Below are positions 27,224 to 38,010 of a stretch of 64,000 bases of DNA, in pieces; the first letter of the stretch is position 1, and each line of letters starts with the position of its first letter. The position numbers and the translations under genes were made by a program. The notes beneath the pieces were generated by a model. That model worked only from the letters and a program-made list of their open reading frames with translations. It made no database searches and was not told where the DNA came from. Source of the DNA: an uncultured Gemmatimonadaceae bacterium (GTDB lineage Bacteria > Gemmatimonadota > Gemmatimonadetes > Gemmatimonadales > GWC2-71-9); the NCBI GenBank assembly GCA_964557115.1, contig CAZKYO010000006.1, positions 3,810 through 67,809 of the forward strand, given 5' to 3'.

Positions 27224-27660
27224 CCCGCGTGCTCGTCATCAACGGCCCGAACCTGAATCTCCTCGGCACGCGCGAGCCGGGGATCTACGGCAAGGCGACC
27301 CTTGCCGACATCGAGGCGTCGTTGCGCCAGCGCGCGGAGGCGGCCGGCGTCGAGCTGGCGGTGGTGCAATCGAACCACGAGGGCGAACTGGTCGACCTGG
27401 TGCAGGGGGCCCCCGCGCGGGCCGACGGGCTCATCGTCAACCTCGGCGCCTATACCCACACGTCGCTGGCGCTGCGCGACGCGTTTCTCGCCGCGCCGAT
27501 GCCGTTCGTGGAGGTGCACCTGTCGAACCTCTTCCGGCGCGAGGCGGCACGGCACCATTCCGTGATCGCCGACCTCGCGATCGGGATGGTGACCGGGTTC
27601 GGACCGCAGGGCTACCTGCTCGCCCTCGAGGCGCTCCTGGCTGCCCTCGCCGATGGGTGA
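27220..27660 (+). CDS. aroQ: Type II 3-dehydroquinate dehydratase
   Basis: [24 protein letters not shown] and SNHEGELVD motifs. ATGA overlap with the upstream gene. Confidence 0.9.
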   Translation: [146 protein letters not shown]

Positions 27661-28738
27661 CCCCCGATCGGGGCGGGTGGCGCGGCTGCGGGCGCAGCTC
27701 GCCGCCCGCGACCTCGACGGCCTGCTTGTCACCCACCTTCCCAACATCCGCTGGCTGACCGGCTTCACGGGCAGCGCCGCGACGGTCCTCGTGACCGCCG
27801 GGGAGGTCCGGCTCGTGACCGACTTCCGCTACGCCGTCCAGGCGCCGCAGGAGGCGGGGGCGATCGCGGAGGTGCTGGTGGAGCGGGCATCGGTCTGGGG
27901 TCGGCTGGGGCGGTTGCTGGCGGAGCTGGAGGGACGGCGGGTCGGTTTCGAGAGCCACGTCATGGCGGTGCGCGACGCCGAGCGACTGGCGGCCTACATC
28001 AGCGGCGGGGCGGTGCCGATCCCCGAGATGGTGGAGGAGCTCCGACAGGTGAAGGACGAGGGCGAGGTCACCGCGATCCGGGAGGCGGGCCGGCTGGCGC
28101 TCGAGGCCCTGGCCGAGGTGGTGCCGACCATCCGGGCGGGGGAGCGGGAGCTCGACGTGGCGGCCCGGCTGGAGGTGGCGCTGCGGCGGCGGGGGAGCGA
28201 GTGGCATCCGTTCGAGACGATCGTCGCCTCGGGGCCGCGCTCGGCCCTGCCGCACGCGAGGACGTCCGAGCGGCAGCTGCGCCGGGGCGAGCTCCTCCTG
28301 GTCGATTTCGGGGCACGGCTGGACGGCTATTGTTCGGACATCACCCGCACCTTCGCGATCGGGACGGCGGACCCTCGCCAGCGGTCGATCCACGAACTGG
28401 TGGAGGCGGCCCAGCATCGGGCCCGGGCCAACCTGCGGGCCGGGATGAGCGGCCGCGAGGCGGACGCCCTGGCCCGCGAGGTGATCGCCGAACGGGGGTT
28501 CGGGGATGCCTTCGGCCACTCGCTGGGACACGGCCTGGGGCTGGAGGTGCATGAGGGGCCGCGACTTGCAGCCACGGTCGAGGCCCCGTTGCCGGCCGGC
28601 GCGGTGGTGACGGTGGAGCCGGGAATCTATCTTCCGGGGTGGGGTGGGGTCCGTCTGGAGGACGATGTCTGGCTCGGGCCCGATGGCCCCGTCCTCCTCA
28701 CCGATGGCCGAACCGACCTTCTCGAACTCGACGCCTGA
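27653..28738 (+). CDS. Xaa-Pro aminopeptidase (M24B family)
   Basis: Creatinase-like N-domain and M24 metal-ligand pattern (DFGARLDGYCSDITRT, HSLGHGLGLEVHE, TVEPGIY). Confidence 0.85.
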   Translation: MGDPRSGRVARLRAQLAARDLDGLLVTHLPNIRWLTGFTGSAATVLVTAGEVRLVTDFRYAVQAPQEAGAIAEVLVERASVWGRLGRLLAELEGRRVGFESHVMAVRDAERLAAYISGGAVPIPEMVEELRQVKDEGEVTAIREAGRLALEALAEVVPTIRAGERELDVAARLEVALRRRGSEWHPFETIVASGPRSALPHARTSERQLRRGELLLVDFGARLDGYCSDITRTFAIGTADPRQRSIHELVEAAQHRARANLRAGMSGREADALAREVIAERGFGDAFGHSLGHGLGLEVHEGPRLAATVEAPLPAGAVVTVEPGIYLPGWGGVRLEDDVWLGPDGPVLLTDGRTDLLELDA

Positions 28739-28752
28739 CGGCGGGAGCGCGC

Positions 28753-29313
28753 TTGGCGACCACCGCGGACATCCGCAACGGCCTGGTGCTGGCCCTCGAG
28801 GGCCGGCTGATGCAGGTCAGCTATTTCCAGCACGTGAAGCCCGGGAAGGGGAGCGCCTTCGTGCGCACCAAGCTGCGCGACGTGCGCACCGGGGCGGTGC
28901 TGGAACGCACCTTCCCGTCGGGGGAGCGGCTCGAGACGGTGGAGCTGAGCCACCGGCCGATGACCTACTCCTATCGCGACGGCGACTTCTACCACTTCAT
29001 GGACCTGCAGTCGTTCGACGACGTGATGCTGACGGCCGAGCTGATCGGCGCGGAGCAGCTGAAGTACCTGAAGGAAGGCATGGAGTGCACCGGCCTGGTG
29101 CACGACGAGCAGGTGATCCTGATCGACCTCCCGAACTTCGTGGAGCTGGAGATCGTCGAGACCGACCCCGGGATCCGCGGAGACACCGCGACCGGCGGCA
29201 CCAAGCCCGCGCGCCTCGAGACCGGCGCCGTGGTGCAGGTCCCGCTGTTCATCGAGCCCGGCACCATGATTCGCGTCGATCGGCGCGAGGACAAGTACCT
29301 GACCCGCGTATGA
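28753..29313 (+). CDS. efp: Elongation factor P
   Basis: ATTADIRNGLVLALEGRLMQVSYFQHVKPGKGSAFVRTKL. There is no in-frame ATG, so the start is set to TTG 28753. Confidence 0.9.
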   Translation: MATTADIRNGLVLALEGRLMQVSYFQHVKPGKGSAFVRTKLRDVRTGAVLERTFPSGERLETVELSHRPMTYSYRDGDFYHFMDLQSFDDVMLTAELIGAEQLKYLKEGMECTGLVHDEQVILIDLPNFVELEIVETDPGIRGDTATGGTKPARLETGAVVQVPLFIEPGTMIRVDRREDKYLTRV

Positions 29314-29858
29314 CACCAGACGAACTGCAGGATCTCGCCCGCGCGATGGAGAAGGTGCCCGGCCTGAAGGGCATCGACCTGCGCGATGTCCGGCGGCTCG
29401 CCCAGCTGCTGCACGACCATCCCGAGATCGGCGCGATCGAGCTGAAGGGGTTCTTCGGCACCGGCGTCGTGATCTCGCGGACCGCGCACGGCCAGCCGGT
29501 GCCGATGCCGGGCCCGATGGCCTGGCCCGCGGCGCCGGCCCCGGTGGCCGCGCCGGCGCCGGCGGCACTGCCGTCGGCCGGGACGGAGGCCGCGCCCGCC
29601 GCGGCGCCGTCGACGCTCAAGGAGATCAAGTCGCCGATGGTCGGCACCTTCTACGCCCAGCCCGAGCCCGGCGCGGAGCCGTACGTGCGGGTCGGCACCC
29701 GGGTGAGCTCGGGGCAGACGGTGTGCATCATCGAGGCGATGAAGATCATGAACGAGATCGAGGCCGAGGTGACCGGCGTCGTGCGCGAGGTGTGCGTCGA
29801 CGACGCGTCGCCGGTGGAGTACGGCCAGGTGCTCTACCGCGTGGATCCGAATGGCTGA
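29310..29858 (+). CDS. accB: Biotin carboxyl carrier protein of acetyl-CoA carboxylase
   Basis: C-terminal biotinyl domain with EAMKIMNEIEA, and an Ala/Pro-rich linker. ATGA overlap with efp. The 5' part of track ORF 28644..29858 is an out-of-frame overlap of efp. Confidence 0.9.
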   Translation: MTPDELQDLARAMEKVPGLKGIDLRDVRRLAQLLHDHPEIGAIELKGFFGTGVVISRTAHGQPVPMPGPMAWPAAPAPVAAPAPAALPSAGTEAAPAAAPSTLKEIKSPMVGTFYAQPEPGAEPYVRVGTRVSSGQTVCIIEAMKIMNEIEAEVTGVVREVCVDDASPVEYGQVLYRVDPNG

Positions 29859-31026
29859 CGGCGCCGCCCCGGGCGCGGGGACCGATCCGGCGGCCGAGGG
29901 CGGCAACGCCTTCCAGTTCCGCCAGGCGATCGTCGAGATGGTCCGGCGCGGCGCGTCGGACCTGCTGCTCAAGGCGGGCCGTCCGCCGACGATCCGGGTC
30001 AACGGCCAGCTGAAGATGCTGGAGATGCCGCCGCTCCGCCCCGACGAGCTGAAGCAGCTCGCCGAGTCGCTGATGACGCCGCGGCAGCTGCGCGACTTCG
30101 CCGACACGAAGGAGGCGGACTTCGGCATCGGCGTGCCGGGGATCGGCCGGTTCCGGACGAACGTCTACCAGCAGCGCGGCACGGTGGCCTTCGCGCTCCG
30201 CGGCATCCCCTACGAGGTGCTGACCATCCGCGAGCTGCTGCTGCCGACGGTGCTGGAGGAGGTCGCGATGCGGCCGCGCGGCCTGGTGCTCGTCACCGGG
30301 ATCACCGGCAGCGGCAAGTCGACGACGCTCGCGGCGATGATCGAGCACATCAACCGGCACCGCCGCGTGAACGTGATCACGGTCGAGGACCCGATCGAGT
30401 TCCTGCACCGCGACCAGCACGCCAACGTGTCGCAGCGCGAGATCGGCTCGGACACGATCTCGTTCGGCCACGCGCTGCGCCACGTGCTGCGGCAGGACCC
30501 GGACGTGATCCTGATCGGCGAGATCCGCGACATGGAGACGATGGACACCGCCCTCAAGGCGGCCGACACGGGCCACCTCGTGCTGTCGACGATCCACACC
30601 ACCGACGCGACCCAGACGATCTCCCGCGTGCTCTCGTTCTATCCGCCGCACCAGCACGGCGAGATCCGGATGCTGCTGTCGACCGCGCTCGCCGCGGTCT
30701 GCTCGATGCGGCTGGTGCCGCGGGCCGACGGCAAGGGCCGGGTGCCGGCGTGCGAGATCCTGGTCAACACCGCGGCGGTGGCCGAGAACATCCGCGACAC
30801 CCAGAAGGCGCTGGGCATCCCCGAGCTGATCGCCGAGGGCGGCACCAGCTACGGGATGCAGTCGTTCGACCAGTCGCTGATGCGCTGGTATGCCGACGGG
30901 GTGATCTCCTACGAGGACGCCGTGTTCCACGCCACCAACCCGAGCGAGTTCGCGCTGCGCGTCTCCGGCATCAGCGCGGCGAGCGACCGGACCTTCGAGG
31001 ACATCGCGGACAAGGGCCGGCACTGA
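29851..31026 (+). CDS. pilT: Type IV pilus retraction ATPase PilT/PilU family
   Basis: Walker [15 protein letters not shown], Asp box, Walker B ([10 protein letters not shown]), His box ([11 protein letters not shown]). Overlaps the accB stop by 8 nt and shares ATGA with accC. Confidence 0.9.
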   Translation: MADGAAPGAGTDPAAEGGNAFQFRQAIVEMVRRGASDLLLKAGRPPTIRVNGQLKMLEMPPLRPDELKQLAESLMTPRQLRDFADTKEADFGIGVPGIGRFRTNVYQQRGTVAFALRGIPYEVLTIRELLLPTVLEEVAMRPRGLVLVTGITGSGKSTTLAAMIEHINRHRRVNVITVEDPIEFLHRDQHANVSQREIGSDTISFGHALRHVLRQDPDVILIGEIRDMETMDTALKAADTGHLVLSTIHTTDATQTISRVLSFYPPHQHGEIRMLLSTALAAVCSMRLVPRADGKGRVPACEILVNTAAVAENIRDTQKALGIPELIAEGGTSYGMQSFDQSLMRWYADGVISYEDAVFHATNPSEFALRVSGISAASDRTFEDIADKGRH

Positions 31027-32390
31027 TGTTCCGCAAGGTCCTGATCGCCAACCGGGGCGAGATCGCCCTGCGCGTCATCCGCGCCTGCCGCGAGCTCGGG
31101 CTCGGCACCGTCGCCGTCTACAGCGAGGCCGACCGCGAGTCGCTGCACGTCCGCTTCGCCGACGACGACATCTGCATCGGCCCGCCGCAGGGCCGCCAGA
31201 GCTACCTGCGGATCCCGGCGCTGATCGCGGCGGCCGAGGTGACCGGCGCCGACGCGATCCACCCGGGCTACGGCTTCCTGGCGGAGAACGCCGAGTTCGC
31301 CGACACCTGCAAGGCGTCGGACCTCACCTTCATCGGCCCCACCGGCGACCAGATCCGGGCGATGGGCGACAAGGCGTCGGCGCGCCGCCTGGCCAAGGAG
31401 GCCGGGGTGCCGACCGTGCCCGGCTCCCCCGGCGTGCTGAAGGACGCCGACGAGGCGCTCGGGGTGGCCAGCGAGATCGGCTTCCCGGTCATCATCAAGG
31501 CGACCGCCGGCGGCGGCGGCAAGGGGATGCGGATCGCCCGCGACGCCGACGAGTTCTCGCAGCTCTTCTCGCTGGCGCAGAACGAGGCGCTGTCGGCCTT
31601 CGGCAACGGCGACGTCTACGTGGAGAAGTACCTCGAGCGGCCGCGCCACGTCGAGATCCAGGTGCTCGGCGACCAGCACGGCCGAGTGATCCACCTCGGC
31701 GAGCGCGACTGCTCGGTGCAGCGGCGCCACCAGAAGCTGATCGAGGAGTCGCCGTCGCCGGCGCTCACGCCCGCGCTGCGCGAGCGGATGGGCGAGGCGG
31801 CGGTGCGCCTGGCCAGCGCGATCGACTACGTCGGCGCCGGCACGATCGAGTTCCTGCTCGACAGCGACGGGTCGTTCTACTTCATGGAGATGAACACCCG
31901 GATCCAGGTCGAGCACCCCGTGACCGAGATGGTGACCGGCTGGGACCTCGTGAAGGAGCAGATCCTGGTCGCCGCGGGCGAACCGCTCCGCAACGACCCG
32001 GTGGCGCTGCAGGGCCACGCGATCGAGGTGCGGATCAACGCTGAGGACCCGTACAAGAACTTCCAGCCGAGCCCCGGGCTGATCACGGCGTACCACCCGC
32101 CGGGCGGCCCCGGCGTGCGGGTCGACACCCACGTCTACGCCGGCTACACGGTGCCGCCGTACTACGACTCGCTGCTCGCCAAGCTGATCGTGCACGGACG
32201 CGACCGCGCCGAGGCGCTCGCCCGGCTCGGCCAGGCGCTCGACGCCTTCATCCTCGAGGGCGTGACCACGACGATCCCGTTCCTCGCGCGGGTGGTGCGC
32301 CACCCGGCGTTCGTCGCCGGCGACATCGACACCAAGTTCCTCGAGCGCGAACCGCAGCTGCTGCGTCCCGAGCCCGCCGGGGCCGCATGA
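31026..32390 (+). CDS. accC: Biotin carboxylase subunit of acetyl-CoA carboxylase
   Basis: [28 protein letters not shown]-grasp [22 protein letters not shown]. Confidence 0.95.
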   Translation: MFRKVLIANRGEIALRVIRACRELGLGTVAVYSEADRESLHVRFADDDICIGPPQGRQSYLRIPALIAAAEVTGADAIHPGYGFLAENAEFADTCKASDLTFIGPTGDQIRAMGDKASARRLAKEAGVPTVPGSPGVLKDADEALGVASEIGFPVIIKATAGGGGKGMRIARDADEFSQLFSLAQNEALSAFGNGDVYVEKYLERPRHVEIQVLGDQHGRVIHLGERDCSVQRRHQKLIEESPSPALTPALRERMGEAAVRLASAIDYVGAGTIEFLLDSDGSFYFMEMNTRIQVEHPVTEMVTGWDLVKEQILVAAGEPLRNDPVALQGHAIEVRINAEDPYKNFQPSPGLITAYHPPGGPGVRVDTHVYAGYTVPPYYDSLLAKLIVHGRDRAEALARLGQALDAFILEGVTTTIPFLARVVRHPAFVAGDIDTKFLEREPQLLRPEPAGAA

Positions 32391-33136
32391 TCGATGTCGC
32401 CTTCGCGCCGAACGACGTCGTCGCCGCCGACGTCGCCGGACGCGCCGTGGTCGTCATCGACGTGCTGCGCGCCACGACGACGATCTGCGCCGCGCTGGAC
32501 CACGGCGCCCGCGCCGTGATCCCGGCCGCCGACACCGAGGAGGCCGCCCGCCTGGCGCAGGCGCTCGACCGCCGCGAGGTGCTGCTCGCCGGCGAGCGCA
32601 ACCTCGAGATGATTCCCGGCTTCCAGCTCGGCAACTCGCCCGCGGAGATGACCCGCGACCGGGTGCAGGGCAAGAACCTGGTGATGACCACGACCAACGG
32701 CACCCGCGCGCTGCTCGCGACCCACGCCGCCCACGCGGTGATCCTCGCGGCCGGCGTGAACCTCACCGCCGCCGGCGAACGCGCCGCGCAGCTGCTGGAG
32801 GAGTCCGGCCGGCTGCTGGTGCTCTGCGGCGGGCGCGAGAGCGGCTTCGGCATCGACGACGCCTACGTCGCGGGACGGATCGTGATCGGGGCGATGCGCG
32901 GCCGGCGCAGCCGCAAGGGACTGAACGACAGCGCGATCGCCGCCGTGGACCTGGTGCGCCGCTACGGCGACCGGCTCGACCGCGTGCTCGGGATCTCGCG
33001 GGCCGGCCGCGAGCTGAACCGCCGCGGCCACCGCGACGACGTGACCTACGCCGCGACGATCGACCGCCATCCGGTCGTCCCGGTCTATCACGACCGCCGG
33101 GTCACGCTCGGCGGGGGCGCGGCGGCCAGGGCGTGA
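32387..33136 (+). CDS. 2-phosphosulfolactate phosphatase (ComB) family protein
   Basis: [12 protein letters not shown] and GERN...GF.LGNSP family signatures. ATGA overlap with accC. Confidence 0.7.
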   Translation: MIDVAFAPNDVVAADVAGRAVVVIDVLRATTTICAALDHGARAVIPAADTEEAARLAQALDRREVLLAGERNLEMIPGFQLGNSPAEMTRDRVQGKNLVMTTTNGTRALLATHAAHAVILAAGVNLTAAGERAAQLLEESGRLLVLCGGRESGFGIDDAYVAGRIVIGAMRGRRSRKGLNDSAIAAVDLVRRYGDRLDRVLGISRAGRELNRRGHRDDVTYAATIDRHPVVPVYHDRRVTLGGGAAARA

Positions 33137-35346
33137 GCGGCGAGAATCGCCGGCGACTCCGGGCGATCCTGGCGCTGGCCGCCGGGGCGTTCCTTGCCCT
33201 GACCCTCCTCCCGATCAACCTCACCGGCCCGTTCGGCCACCTCCTCGGCCCGGCCCTCTGGCGCGCCCTCGGCCTCGGGGCCCTCGGACTGCCACTGGTC
33301 GGCTTCCTTGCCGGGCTCGCCGGCTTCGGCCGCCTCGGCCACCTCGACGCCCGCCGCGCGACGATCCTGACCCTCGCCGGTGCCGTGTTGATTCCCTACG
33401 TCATCGGGGTGATCGGCCGCGTCGAGCAGGCGTCCTTCCTCCCGGAGCCATCCGACTGGAGCTGGGTCGCCCGCGTCACCGGCTGGTTTCCCGGGTTCCT
33501 GGCCCGCAGTGCGCTCGACTCGATCGGGGTGGCGGGTGGCCTGATCGCCGGCTTCGTCGTCCTGACCGGCGTGACGCTCGCCACGCTCGCATGGCATCCG
33601 CTCCGGCGCCTCGAGGAGGGACCGCGGCCACGGGAGGCGTCACCCGACGAGGCGGCGGACGAGATCGCCGCCGATCCGCCGGCGCGGGTCCGCAAGCCGC
33701 GGAAGGCGAAGGCCGCGGTGGAACCGGAACCCGAGCCTGCCGCGCCCGTGGAGGAGGAGGCCCCCGCCGAGCCGCCACCCCCGGTGGCCGACGACGAGGT
33801 GATGCCGCCGATCGAGCTGCTCGCGCCGCCGTCGCGCGCCCACGAGGCGGAGGACGAGGCCGAGCTCGACCGCCTCGGCGAGCTGCTCCTGTCGACCCTC
33901 AAGACCTTCAAGGTCGAGGGGTCGCTGGCGGGCCGCACGACCGGTCCCTCCGTGAGCCAGTTCGAGGTGGTGCCGGCCGCCGGCGTGAAGGCGGGTCGGA
34001 TCGTGGCCCTCGCCGACGACCTGGCGATCACGATGCGGACGCCATCCCTGCGGGTGGCGCCACTGCCGGGACGGGGCGCCGTCGGCGTCGAGATCCCCAA
34101 TCCGCATCCCCGGATGGTGACGCTGCGGGAGCTGCTGGAGAGCGAGACCTGGCTGCGCACCGGCGCGACGCTGCCCGTGGTGCTCGGGCGCGACGTCGAG
34201 GGGAAGCCGGTGATCGGCGACCTCGCCCGGATGCCGCACCTGCTGGTGGCGGGAGCCACCGGCAGCGGCAAGTCGGTGGCGATCAACACGATCATCACCT
34301 CGCTGGTGTACCGGTATCCCAAGCGGCTGCTGCGGTTCGTGATGATCGACCCGAAGATGGTCGAGCTCTCGATCTACAACGGACTGCCGCACCTCCGGCA
34401 CGCCGTGATCACCGACAACCGCGACGCCGCCAATGCGCTCAACTGGGCGGTGCTCGAGATGAATCGCCGCTACGAGCTGCTGCAGGCCAATGGCGCCCGG
34501 CAGCTGAGCGACTTCAACCGCAAGGTCCGCGACGGGAAGCCGCTCAGGAACCCGCCAGGGTCGCGACCGACGCTCGCCAGCATCGCGCGCGGCGGAGATG
34601 GCGCGCCGGCCGGCGAGGCGGAGTGGCGCGAGGAGTACACCGACGGCGAGCTGCCGATGATCGTGGTGATCGTCGACGAACTGGCCGACCTGATGATGAC
34701 GGTGCAGGGCGAGGTCGAGAAGCCGCTGGCGATGCTCGCGCAGAAGGCGCGCGCGATCGGGATCCACCTGATCCTCGCGACTCAGCGCCCCAGCGTGAAC
34801 GTCCTCACCGGCCTGATCAAGGCCAACTTCCCGAGCCGGATGGCGTTCCGGGTGGCGAGCAAGGTCGATTCGCGAACCATCCTCGACCAGAACGGCGCCG
34901 AGGCGCTGCTCGGCAACGGCGACATGCTTTGGGTCCCGCCGGGGCGGAGCGAACCGGTGCGGATCCAGGGCGCGTTCATCGGGACCGACGAGACCGAGGA
35001 GCTGATGGAGTGGTACCGCGGCCGCGAGGAGGCGCTGGCGGGGACGGCCGCGGAGGCGGACATCGTCGAGGAGGGACGCAGCGCCACCGGCGACGGCGAT
35101 GCGGGACGGGGCGGCGGGGCGGGCGACGACGAGCGCCGCGACGCGCTCTTCCGGCAGGCCGCCGAACTCTGCATCCAGCACCAGGGCGGCAGCACCTCGC
35201 TGCTGCAGCGGCGGCTCGAGATCGGCTACGGTCGCGCCGCGCGGATCATCGACCAGCTGCACGACGCCGGCATCCTCGGTCCGCCGAACGGCAGCAAGCC
35301 GCGCGAGGTGCTGATCGGGATGCACCAGGTGGAGGAGTACTCGTAG
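33133..35346 (+). CDS. ftsK: DNA translocase FtsK/SpoIIIE
   Basis: N-terminal TM segments, Pro/Glu/Ala linker, motor domain (HLLVAGATGSGKSV, VVIVDELADLMM), C-terminal gamma winged-helix (GGSTSLLQRRLEIGYGRAARIIDQL). Confidence 0.95.
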   Translation: MSGENRRRLRAILALAAGAFLALTLLPINLTGPFGHLLGPALWRALGLGALGLPLVGFLAGLAGFGRLGHLDARRATILTLAGAVLIPYVIGVIGRVEQASFLPEPSDWSWVARVTGWFPGFLARSALDSIGVAGGLIAGFVVLTGVTLATLAWHPLRRLEEGPRPREASPDEAADEIAADPPARVRKPRKAKAAVEPEPEPAAPVEEEAPAEPPPPVADDEVMPPIELLAPPSRAHEAEDEAELDRLGELLLSTLKTFKVEGSLAGRTTGPSVSQFEVVPAAGVKAGRIVALADDLAITMRTPSLRVAPLPGRGAVGVEIPNPHPRMVTLRELLESETWLRTGATLPVVLGRDVEGKPVIGDLARMPHLLVAGATGSGKSVAINTIITSLVYRYPKRLLRFVMIDPKMVELSIYNGLPHLRHAVITDNRDAANALNWAVLEMNRRYELLQANGARQLSDFNRKVRDGKPLRNPPGSRPTLASIARGGDGAPAGEAEWREEYTDGELPMIVVIVDELADLMMTVQGEVEKPLAMLAQKARAIGIHLILATQRPSVNVLTGLIKANFPSRMAFRVASKVDSRTILDQNGAEALLGNGDMLWVPPGRSEPVRIQGAFIGTDETEELMEWYRGREEALAGTAAEADIVEEGRSATGDGDAGRGGGAGDDERRDALFRQAAELCIQHQGGSTSLLQRRLEIGYGRAARIIDQLHDAGILGPPNGSKPREVLIGMHQVEEYS

Positions 35347-35492
35347 CGAGCTTCGCGATTCGAGCCTGGCGTTTCGAGAGGTGGGGTCCCGGGGTCGGGG
35401 CCCCATTGCATTTGCCGCGCTTGGCATCCAGCGGAGCCCCCGCATCTCGACTCGCGAATCCCCATTCGCGAATCTCGGTATCTGGTACCTCG
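35347..35492. repeat. Heptad-periodic inverted repeat starting at the nucleotide after the ftsK stop
   Basis: Left: CGAGCTT CGCGATT CGAGCCT GGCGTTT CGAGAGG (35347-35381). Right: ATCTCGA CTCGCGA ATCCCCA TTCGCGA ATCTCGG TATCTGG TACCTCG (35444-35492). Shares the 13-mer TTCGCGATTCGAG with the element at 8966. Confidence 0.8.
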
Positions 35493-35542
35493 CTGCGCTC
35501 CCCGGTGACGGGATTCGCCGGTGCGGACGACGATCGTGCCGC

Positions 35543-35935
35543 ATGCGCACCGACCCCGATCACTGGACCGACCCACGCCACCGCGCGGGTCTCGACGCCG
35601 AGACGGCGGCCGGACGCTGGCTGGCGGACCGGGGCTGGCGGATCGAGGCGCACCGGTGGCGGCTGGGGCGCAATGACCTCGACCTGATCGCCCGTCGGGC
35701 AGACCTCGTGGCCTTCGTCGAGGTGAAGTGGCGCCGAAGCTTCCGCTGCGGCGACGGGATCGAGTCGATCGGCCGGCGGAAGCGCCAGGCGATCGAGCGG
35801 GTGGCGTGGAGCTGGATCCTGCGCCACGGGCGGGGTGGCGACCACTACCGGTTCGACGTGGTGCTGATCGATGGCAGCGGCCCGCGCCCCCGAGTCACCC
35901 ATGTGGAGGATGCCTGGCGCCCAGGCTGGCGGTGA
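35543..35935 (+). CDS. yraN: YraN-family (UPF0102) endonuclease-fold protein
   Basis: GRWLADRGWRIEAHRWR...DLDLIA.....VAFVEVKWRR is the family core. Start set to ATG 35543. Confidence 0.75.
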   Translation: MRTDPDHWTDPRHRAGLDAETAAGRWLADRGWRIEAHRWRLGRNDLDLIARRADLVAFVEVKWRRSFRCGDGIESIGRRKRQAIERVAWSWILRHGRGGDHYRFDVVLIDGSGPRPRVTHVEDAWRPGWR

Positions 35936-35944
35936 TCTGTGCCG

Positions 35945-35967
35945 ATGTGGAGCAAAACGCTACACTT
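35945..35967. promoter_or_regulatory. Box 1 of a duplicated 23-bp dyad motif upstream of recA (ATGTGGAGCAAAACGCTACACTT)
   Basis: 21/23 identical to box 2. Internal dyad GTGnnGCnnnnnCGCnnCAC. Function as an operator is an inference. Confidence 0.45.
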
Positions 35968-35974
35968 TTGCCTA

Positions 35975-36003
35975 TTGCTTCGGGATAGATTCGGTTGTAC
36001 TTT
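35975..36003 (+). promoter_or_regulatory. Putative recA promoter (TTGCTT, 17 nt, TACTTT)
   Basis: Hexamers read by eye in the only low-GC patch of the spacer. They lie between box 1 and box 2. Confidence 0.25.
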
Positions 36004-36017
36004 GGTTGGTGTTCGGT

Positions 36018-36040
36018 ATGTGGAGCGAAACGCGACACTT
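36018..36040. promoter_or_regulatory. Box 2 of the duplicated 23-bp dyad motif (ATGTGGAGCGAAACGCGACACTT)
   Basis: See box 1. Dyad GTGGAGCGAAACGCGACAC. Lies 57 nt upstream of the recA ATG. Confidence 0.45.
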
Positions 36041-36096
36041 CGATGGTGGTCGCTCTCGATCCTTCAATCTCTCAATCTCTCCTGCTCGAGGCTCCC

Positions 36097-37142
<1,046 letters not shown>

Positions 37143-37146
<4 letters not shown>

Positions 37147-37772
37147 TCGTCGACGGCCTGGCGCCCGATCCGCGGCGGCCCGGGAGCACCCGGGTGCAGG
37201 TGGACGGGCGTCCGGCGTGGACGGTGCCGGCCGACGTGGTGCAGGGGCTGGCGCTGGCGGTGGGGCGCCCGGTGCCGGTCGGTGCCGTGGAGCGGCTCGA
37301 TCGCGCTGCGGACGAGGAGGGGGCAGTCCGCGCCGGGCTGCGGTTGCTGGAGCGGCGCGCGCACGGCCGCCGCGAGCTGGAGCGCAAGCTGCTTCGCAAG
37401 GGCCACGGCGAGGAGGCGGTCGCGGCCGCCAGCCGGCGACTCGACGAGCTCGGCCTGCTCGACGACGCGGCGTTCGCCGAGGCGTACGTGACGGGCCGCG
37501 CCGGACGCGGGCGGGGACCCGACCGGTTGCGTCGCGACCTCGCCGCGCTCGGAGTGTCCGACGCAGTCGCCGCAGGTGCGATCGGGCGACTCGCGGCGGA
37601 CGACACCCCCGATCCCTGGGAGCGCACCCTCGAACAGGCCTCGCGACGGGCGGCATCGATGCGCGGGTTGCCGCGGCTCACGCGCCAGCGCAGGCTGCAC
37701 AATTTCTTCGCACGTCGCGGCTTCAGTGGCGTGGAAGCGCGCGAGGCGATCGAGCGATTGCTGGAGGACTAG
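37143..37772 (+). CDS. recX: RecA regulator RecX
   Basis: Three-helix repeat pattern ([18 protein letters not shown]; [11 protein letters not shown]; [13 protein letters not shown]). GTGA overlap with recA. Confidence 0.75.
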
Positions 37773-37795
37773 GGGGGCTGGTCTGCGCTGCATCC

Positions 37796-37894
37796 GGAGA
37801 GTGGGATCGCCCCCCCGGGCTCCCCGGCCAGACCCCGACGGCGATCATCCTGAGGCGAGTGGCCGAACAAGCCCGGGGGGCGATCCCACTCTCC
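37796..37894 (+). repeat. Hairpin element A1: 25/24-nt arms around a 50-nt interior with the TCCC-CGGCC...GGCCG-AACAA core
   Basis: The arms GGAGAGTGGGATCGCCCCCCCGGGC / GCCCGGGGGGCGATCCCACTCTCC are complementary apart from one extra C. Confidence 0.85.
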
Positions 37895-38010
37895 GTGGCC
37901 ATCTCTGTCAGGTCCCGCGCGGTTCGTTCGACCCGATCCGGAAGGTGGAGCCTCCCCGGATCCAGGGTCGGCGGGCCGCCGGGACCTTCCCATCCACCGG
38001 CGCGTTCCGC

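Noticed and set aside
28644-29309. 5' extensions of track ORFs that overlap the preceding gene out of frame (e.g. 28644..29858, 30750..32390, 22683..24092, 42687..43895, 44529..46424, 57150..59252, 61108..62262, 61437..62981, 62483..63328)
   Set aside because: In each case the recognisable protein begins at an internal start codon that abuts or overlaps the upstream stop (ATGA/GTGA). The upstream part has shadow-ORF composition. Starts were therefore trimmed.
37796-37894. Integron attC site or retron msr/msd interpretation of the long hairpins
   Set aside because: The R''/R' core sites (RYYYAAC / GTTRRRY) are absent, since GTTCGGC has a pyrimidine at the fourth position. The stems are far longer and more perfect than attC sites. 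No intI or reverse transcriptase gene is nearby.
37903-37960. SRP-RNA-like strings (CTCTGTCAGGTCC ... TCCGGAAGGTGGAGCC) between elements A1 and A2
   Set aside because: The two halves are separated by about 24 nt instead of flanking a GGAA tetraloop directly. The conserved AGCA/GGUAA part of SRP domain IV is missing. This is probably chance similarity in GC-rich sequence. A cmsearch with the bacterial SRP model would settle it.
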